From NCBI RefSeq assembly GCF_009914755.1, contig NC_060925.1: DNA of 64,000 nucleotides; one strand, given 5' to 3'. The notes below the pieces were generated by a model. The model was not told the DNA's origin and did no database searches. It saw nothing but the letters and a program-made list of their open reading frames with translations. This document shows, piece after piece, positions 56,901 to 64,000 of the stretch. Position 1 is the first letter of the stretch, and each line of letters begins with the position of its first letter. Made by a program: the position numbers and the translations under genes. This DNA comes from the human T2T-CHM13v2.0 reference genome, Homo sapiens.

Positions 56901-58429
56901 ATCCCTCTTGAGTGTTAATGATACTTTTTGCTTTGAAGTGTAACTTTGCCAGATAAGAATAAAATGGCACCAGATTACATTCGCTAGTGGTTACATGGTG
57001 TATCCTCTTCTGTTCTTTTACTTTTACATTTCCTGAGTTGTGTCTTTGTAGGGACTGCAGACGTTTGTTTTTGTCTTTGTTTTTAGTCTTGTTTGACTAG
57101 GTCTTTTTGTTGCAATTTTAGTCCACTCAATATTGTTGATATAGTTGAATTTATAACTACTTATTGTCTATTTGTTTTCTGTTTGTCTCCTCTGTTATAC
57201 ATTTCTTTTTATCACTTCTCTTGTATTTAAAGAAAATCGTCAGGTATTTTATCCTTTAAAATATTTTATCCCTAGATTGTTAACCTAGAGATTACATCTT
57301 CTGTAATTTATTAGAATCTAATATACACATACTTATAACTTTTCCCAGACAATGCTAAAACCTTCAAATAATTTAACTCCATTTGTCTGTTTCCTCTTAT
57401 TATGTTATTATTGTCATGCATTTTAATTCTAAATACTATTAAACTCAACAGAGCATTATTACTGTTTTGTGCAGTGTATATATATTTTTGGTATGTATCA
57501 GATATTTCCTTTTGTTCTTTTTCTGCTTTTCCTTTCTGTGTTTCTGTCTAGGGTCATCTTTTTTTCTGTTTGAGGAATTACTGGGGGTCTGCTAAAAGCA
57601 ATCCATCAGTACTTTTCTTTTTTGTCTGAAGATACATTTTCTATTATCCTTTGAAGGATATTTTTATTAGGCATAGAATTTTACACTGGCTGTTATTTTC
57701 TTTCAGTACTTTAGAGTTCTTTTTCCTATTGTTTCTTTACGTTCATCATTTCTGCTGGGAAGTTAGCTGTCAGTTTCATAATTGTTTTTCGTAATTGCTT
57801 TTTAAAATTGCTTGTTTTTCTTGTTATTTAATTTTTTCCTTTTTTTGTGTTTAATTGTTTTACTGTAACATCCTTACGTCATGGTTTTATATGTATTTAA
57901 CCTACTTGAAGTCCGTAGACTCTCTGTGGCTTGAAGTTTTTCTTTAATTTGGGGTAAAACTCGGTCATTATCTTTTCAAGTATTACATCTGCCCCATGTT
58001 GTCTTCTCCTTCCTAATATCCTAATTATACATTAGGCCAATTCACCAGCTTTCATATATCTGAGAAACTCATTTCTGTATTTTCAATCTTATTTCCTCTA
58101 TGCATCAGTCTTGATATTTCCTACTAACACATCTTCCAGTTCAATGACCTCCTCCATATCCAATAGGCTGTTAAACCCCTTTATTGTGTTCTTATTTTAA
58201 GATACTGTATTTTCCAGTTCTAGAATTTATGTGGCAAAATGCTTCATCTGGTCATCTATCTTCTTGAACATGTTAATTATAGTTTTTCTAAATTTTACAT
58301 CTATTATCTCTAATTCCATATTACCTGTGAGTTCCTTTCTATTGTCTGTTTTGTAATTCTTGGTCCTGCCTATGGGAGTGTGCTCATTTTTAACTGAATA
58401 CCAGACATTTTTTATGAAAAATGACCTAT

Positions 58430-58430
<1 letters not shown>

Positions 58431-58474
<44 letters not shown>

Positions 58475-58493
58475 ATCTATCTATCTATCTATC
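58431..58493. repeat. Compound tetranucleotide STR (TATC)11 ATC (TATC)4
   Basis: Counted directly. Confidence 0.95.
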
Positions 58494-58807
58494 TCAGAGA
58501 CTGTTCACCCTATTCTCTGGCAGACAGCTAGAATAGGGGCAGATCACCACCATCCAATTAGAGTCTCAGCTGATGGGGAATCGCGTTTAACTCTTTGTAT
58601 TCTTTGTAAAGTTTAGTCCTTTCCTAAGATGCAGCCCTCCAGTGTTTCCAACTGACACTCTGAGGTATTTACTGGAGTCCTTCCTCTATGGTCCTGAACG
58701 ATAACTTTTGTTTTTCTAGTGTCGCAAGAGAGTCAAAAGCTCTGCTCAGTTATGCACTGACTTATCCTTATTTTCTCATATTCTTTCCTGTTAATTTAAA
58801 AATTGGC

Positions 58808-59150
58808 AGTAGAACAATGATTATCAGAGCCTGAGAAAGGTAGTAGGGATAGGGGATGAAAAGGAGATGCTTAATGGCTACAAATATATAGTTAGATGGG
58901 AGAAATAAGATCTAGTGTTCAGCAGTACAATAGAGTGACTAGACTTAACAATAGTGTATTGTATATTCCAAAATAACTAGAGGAGTGGGATTGAGATGTT
59001 CCTAACACAAAGAAATAATAAATGTTTAAGGTGACCAATAGCCCAATTACCTTGAATCAATGATTACACATTGTACGCTTGTAACAAAATATCACACATA
59101 CCCCATAAATATGTACAACTATTATGTATCCACAATTCTTTTTAAAAAGC
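58808..59150 (+). mobile_element. L1MA (L1MA4/5-like) 3' end
   Basis: agtagaacaatgattatcagag...aataagatctagtgttc...taccccataaatatgtacaactattatgtatc. Confidence 0.88.
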
Positions 59151-59573
59151 ATGTTCTCAACACGCACAAAAATTGGTAGGTAAATCAGGGAGGAAACTGA
59201 TTTAGACTGTTAGTTTCACTCTTTTCCTCCTTCCCTTTTCTTTAGGATCTGAAACCCTCAACTTTTCTAATGCTTTTAAATTGGGGATTATTAACCGTTG
59301 TTGTGACATGAACATCTTTGTTAATCTGATAAGGTCTAAGGGCAGCTTCTCAGAATAATAAGTATACCAAATAAAGTGACATGGTTACAAAAAGGAACTA
59401 ATCATGTTGAAACACTATATCAAAATACATGTATATTTTTAAATTTAGAGTTATAATATATGTGCTTCCTTATTTTGTATTATTAAAATCTAGCAGCAGA
59501 TCTAACAACTATCATAATTTTGAGGTAGGTTGTATTAGAGGGTTCTCTAGAGAAACAGAACCAATAGGATAGG

Positions 59574-59582
59574 GTGTGTGTA

Positions 59583-59636
<54 letters not shown>
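59574..59636. repeat. (TG)n(AG)n compound microsatellite
   Basis: Seen directly. Confidence 0.95.
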
Positions 59637-59639
<3 letters not shown>

Positions 59640-59924
59640 TATCTATCTCCTTAATAGGAGATAGATTCCTATTAAGAGATTGGTTAATGTGACTATGAAA
59701 ACTGGCAGGTTCAAAGTCTGCAGGATAGGCCAATAGGCTGGAGAACCAAGGAAGATCTGATATTGTAGTTCAAAACCAAAGCCCATCTGCTGACAGAATT
59801 CTTTCTTTGTTCTTCTAAGGCCTTCAACTGATTGGATGAGTCTTACACATATCATGAAGGGCAATCTGTTTTACTCAAAGTCCTCTGATTTAAATGTTAA
59901 TCTCATTAAAAAAAAAACAGCCTT

Positions 59925-60256
<332 letters not shown>

Positions 60257-60699
60257 TCACAGAAACTTTCAGAATGTTTAACCAAATTTCTGGGCCCTAT
60301 GGCTCAACCAAGTTGATATATAAAATTAATCATTACATAGGATTAAGCATATATCATATTTTAAGATACTCGCAATAAGCATAATATGAAGTAAAAGCAT
60401 CTGTAATTTTACTGTTAAAATCACACATACTACTAACATTAGTGCAGTTTGGGCTTATATTTATAATTGAAGAAAATAACAAATGTTAGTTTGACATCAA
60501 TGAAAAGAAACAGCAAAATTATTTTTTCCCATTCAAGTTCACAAACTCCATAAATTCTGTCCATGGAACCCTATTAAGAAAGCTTGCCATTTTTAAATTC
60601 CGCTTTTTTGATTCTATAATAGTTTTTTTTTTTATTGAAGTCATTGACATGCTACAAGCTATTCTACCATAGGCAAAATGAAAGTCTTATTAGAAATTT

Positions 60700-60870
60700 T
60701 TGTATAAATTAACTACTTTAATCCTCACAATAAAATCGCATGGGGTCAGTTATTATTTTTAGTTTACATATTAGGAAACTGAGGCATGCAGAGAATAACT
60801 AATCAGACTGTTACAGCTAGGAATTTTCAGAGGTAGGATTTAAACTGAAGTTGGCCCTGGAGCTTATTGT
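60700..60870 (-). mobile_element. MIR (remainder apparently at 55078-55122)
   Basis: tttaatcctcacaat...ggaaactgaggca...ggtaggatttaaact; aataatggctaatatttcttgagtacctactat at 55078. Confidence 0.78.
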
Positions 60871-61142
60871 ACTTTTACTCTAGAAAAAGCTAACAGCATT
60901 AGCATGTCTGTGGGGAATCCAGTTTGAATCAGGCAGAGATTTTGAACTAAACACAAGAATTATTAGCAAGAAGTTAACCCCCTCTATTCAACAGAACCTT
61001 AACTAAAAAAAAAAATTAAAAGTCAGAAAAGCATAAATTGATTGCCAGTTAATATTGGAAAAACTTTACTTCTAGTTTGCCATATCCTAAAAAGTGGGTC
61101 TCAGATTTCCTTTATTAATTAAATAATAAAAGCATCTTGTAA

Positions 61143-61443
61143 TTTCTTTTTTTTCTTTTTTTTGAGACGGAGTCTCGCCCCGTCACCCTGGCTGGAGTGC
61201 AATGGTGCGATCTCGGCTCACTGCAACCTCTGCCACCTGGGTTCAAACGATTCTCCTGCCTCCGCCTCCTGAGTAGCTGAGATTACAGGCACCTGCTACC
61301 ATGCCCAGATAATTTGTGTATTTTTAGTAGAGATGGGATTTCACCATTTTGGCCAGGCTGATCTTGAACTCCTGACCTCGTGGTCCACTTGCCTTGGACT
61401 CCCAAAGTGCTGGGATTACAGGCATGAGCCACTGCGTCTGGCC
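61143..61443 (-). mobile_element. AluS (AluSg-like)
   Basis: Antisense dimeric Alu with ctgacctcgtg. Confidence 0.94.
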
Positions 61444-62039
61444 AGCACCTGCTAATTTTATCTATTGTTGATAGCTGCAGTTCTGTAACAGGGCATTCTC
61501 CCATAATTTTGACTTTACTATAGTTCTTATAACGTTCCTGATTTTGTAATGTTATTTCAAGATCCAACATGGAGATGGATTGATTACTGTCCCTCTTTAG
61601 CTTTGTTACAATAGTCGCGTAGTCATAGTGAACCTTGTGCTTGGTTTAGGCTTAGAATAATAATGTGAATTAAGGATATAGTATAGAACTGTATCTCAAG
61701 TGCAAAATCCAAAATGACAATCCATCATCCCCAATGTAATCCTGGTAAAGACAAGATCCATTTGGTCCACTATTAAAGTGGATTATTGTACAAAAAGTAG
61801 ATAACTTAAAAGTGGCTCTAGTTTTTTTCTTGCATTTTCTTCCTTTTCTTAACATAATTTGTATCACATATATTTGAGGATTGTATAATATTAATAGCAT
61901 GATGTTCTTTGTTTATAAATTTATCAATATTTTCTATACTTCTATTACATTTTAAACACCTTAAATATAATTATATATAATGTATATATATGTACATATT
62001 TAATTGCATGTGAAATATTAATGTTAATTTGTTAATATT

Positions 62040-62310
62040 AATTCAAGGTATAGACAGGACTGAGTTCCTTTCTGGAGGTTCTGTGGGAGGATTCCTCTCC
62101 TTGTTCATTCAGGTGGTTAGCAGAATCCAGTTGTTTTTCCTAATAGGACTAGGATCCCCTTTTTTGTCTGGCTTTCTGAGGGCTTTTACTGGCTTCTAAA
62201 GGCCACCTGCAATTCTTGGCTCATAGTCCAGTTCCTTTAGTGGAGCCAGTAGCTAAGTACTTCTCATACTTCCAATTGCTCTTTCTTCTTTTCTCTCATC
62301 TCTCTGATCC
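62040..62310 (-). mobile_element. MLT1D/E-like LTR fragment
   Basis: ttcctttctggaggttctg..cattcaggtggttagcagaatccagtt..taggactagg. Confidence 0.72.
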
Positions 62311-62339
62311 ACTCTCCCTATCTGACCACTAGACATAAA

Positions 62340-62495
62340 CCTGTGCTCCCTCAGTAAAGATGTGTGATTCCCCCTTCACAGCACTTAATACACTGACTTG
62401 TGTGTTCATTATTTGTAGCCACTATTGGACTGTGCCTAGCAAAGTGCCTAGCACATAGCTGGCACTTCGTAAATATTTGTGGAATAAATGGATGT
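62340..62495 (+). mobile_element. L2 3' end
   Basis: agtgcctagcacatagctggcacttcgtaaatatttgtggaataaatggatg. Confidence 0.8.
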
Positions 62496-64000
62496 CCAAG
62501 GCATATCAAATACCATGTGGGTTATTAAGTATCAACTTTGGGAATTCTTATCCCATTACCTGGGCTGAAATATAACATCTAGAGAGCAAAAAAGGCAACA
62601 GAACAAATATAAAACTACGTGGCATAGGCAAAAGTTCCTAAAATGGAGAGTTGTCACAAAACATATTGATGGATGTATATAGGTGTTTGTGTATGTATAC
62701 TTTCCATGTTCCAAATGTAGTTCAGATGGCTTAGAGGGGCACATGAAAGACAATACAACATGTCATTTTAAAACATAAGAAAACAATTGAGAAATATAAA
62801 AGAATAGGAGCATTTCATAATGCCAAAAAGTCTTAGTAGCTTTGAGATGTTTCATGGAGGGCATCAGAGTGGATTTGAGCGTTTAAGAAGCTCATTTAAA
62901 TGTTGAGAATGAAAATCAGGAGAAAGAGGAGGGACTCAAAAAGCTAGGGTACTATTTTAAGAAAAGAGAATGGTATTAATGTGTTTGACATATGGACGGG
63001 GAAGTTTGAATTCCTTGTGGAGGTTTCTTTGGATAAAGGAGAATAAAATTATGAAAACAAAATTAGAAGAGGCTTTTTCAGATACCTGGGCAAGCAAAAA
63101 GACATGAAGTTTAAACCTGACTAGCTTCCAAGTTCACCTGCCTGTGCATGTGGTAAAGTGTCCCATCCAGATGAGAATCAGGATTTTTTGTAGGAATGAG
63201 GAAAAGTGAGGCTTGAGAGAAGAGGTGAAATGCAAAAAACTTTAAAATCCCAGAAAGTTTGTCTTTACATGTGCTGACAAGCTACTGGATGTTTTCCCAT
63301 AATGGCAAGAAATCTTCAAAAGATCCAGTTAGAGAGTGAGTTTAGTAAAGAATAGAGGCAAGAAAACCCATTGGACGGATATATGTGTAATTCATGAGGT
63401 AATAAACATTTTAACAGACTTCATGCAATGTGCCATATTGGCAATTGTGTTCTTTATGAAAATTACACCTTTTTCACTAGTGCTAAAGATGACAAAATAG
63501 AGCATTGCTTCTGATGAAAGAAATTACATGAAAGGAGGAAGATTATTTCTATTAAAAGTCATTTTTTTAAATGAGTCTTTCAGCACAATAATTAATGAAT
63601 TGGGGCTTTTTTAGTTCATAGTCTAATAATTATAAGTTTGACATAACAGTATTCGTTTGAGATTTTTGAAACAAAATATTAAAATTATTAAGACTTTTTC
63701 TTTTGTTTTGATTTTGATTGATATGTATGTGTTGAAAGATGTTGGACCCAAATCTCTTATCACATTCTCCTCTGTGCTTAGAACTGCCATAGACTTCACT
63801 GAGAGCTTCATACAGAAATAGAGTCCTTGAAGAGATCTTTAAACAGAAATTTAGGCATGCTATCCTGGTTCTTCAATTGGCAAATAAAGCTGAAATTCAA
63901 TTTTTTGGTATCTCAGGAAAATACTATGTTTTCTAACAGAATGTCAAGATATTTTCTTGAATAGATAAGATCAAGGTAAAAAATATGTGAGAAAAGGAGC

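Overview
AT-rich, CpG-poor mammalian DNA, almost certainly human: it contains an AluYa5 with all five diagnostic bases at 45069-45400. It reads as intergenic or deep-intronic sequence. I found no convincing protein-coding exon, RNA gene or CpG island, and I cannot name the locus. Roughly half of the window is transposon-derived: Alu (FLAM, J, S, Y, Ya5), L1 (an L1PA8-like copy with TSD, a twin-primed 5'-inverted L1PA7-like copy, L1MA ends, two decayed L1M/L1ME copies), L2, MIR, CR1/L3, MaLR/ERVL LTRs including an LTR-int-LTR MLT1F-like provirus, and hAT/Tc-mariner MITEs (MER3, MER5A, MER20, MER33, MER47A, MER119-like). Repeat subfamily names come from recalled consensus motifs, not a search, and boundaries of old elements are approximate. 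Most notable: (1) an ancient CR1/L2-group reverse-transcriptase fragment still open for 97 codons with intact GVPQGS and YADD motifs (15329-15622, minus); (2) a ~150-bp, ~87%-identical inverted repeat around a 439-bp spacer (16620-17356); (3) a 120-nt hairpin with a perfect 23-bp stem (53836-53955); (4) a possible Dong/R4-type LINE fossil (~54290-54700); (5) several multi-layer nested insertions and young tandem duplications. I saw no evidence of a complete new biological system; these are leads only.
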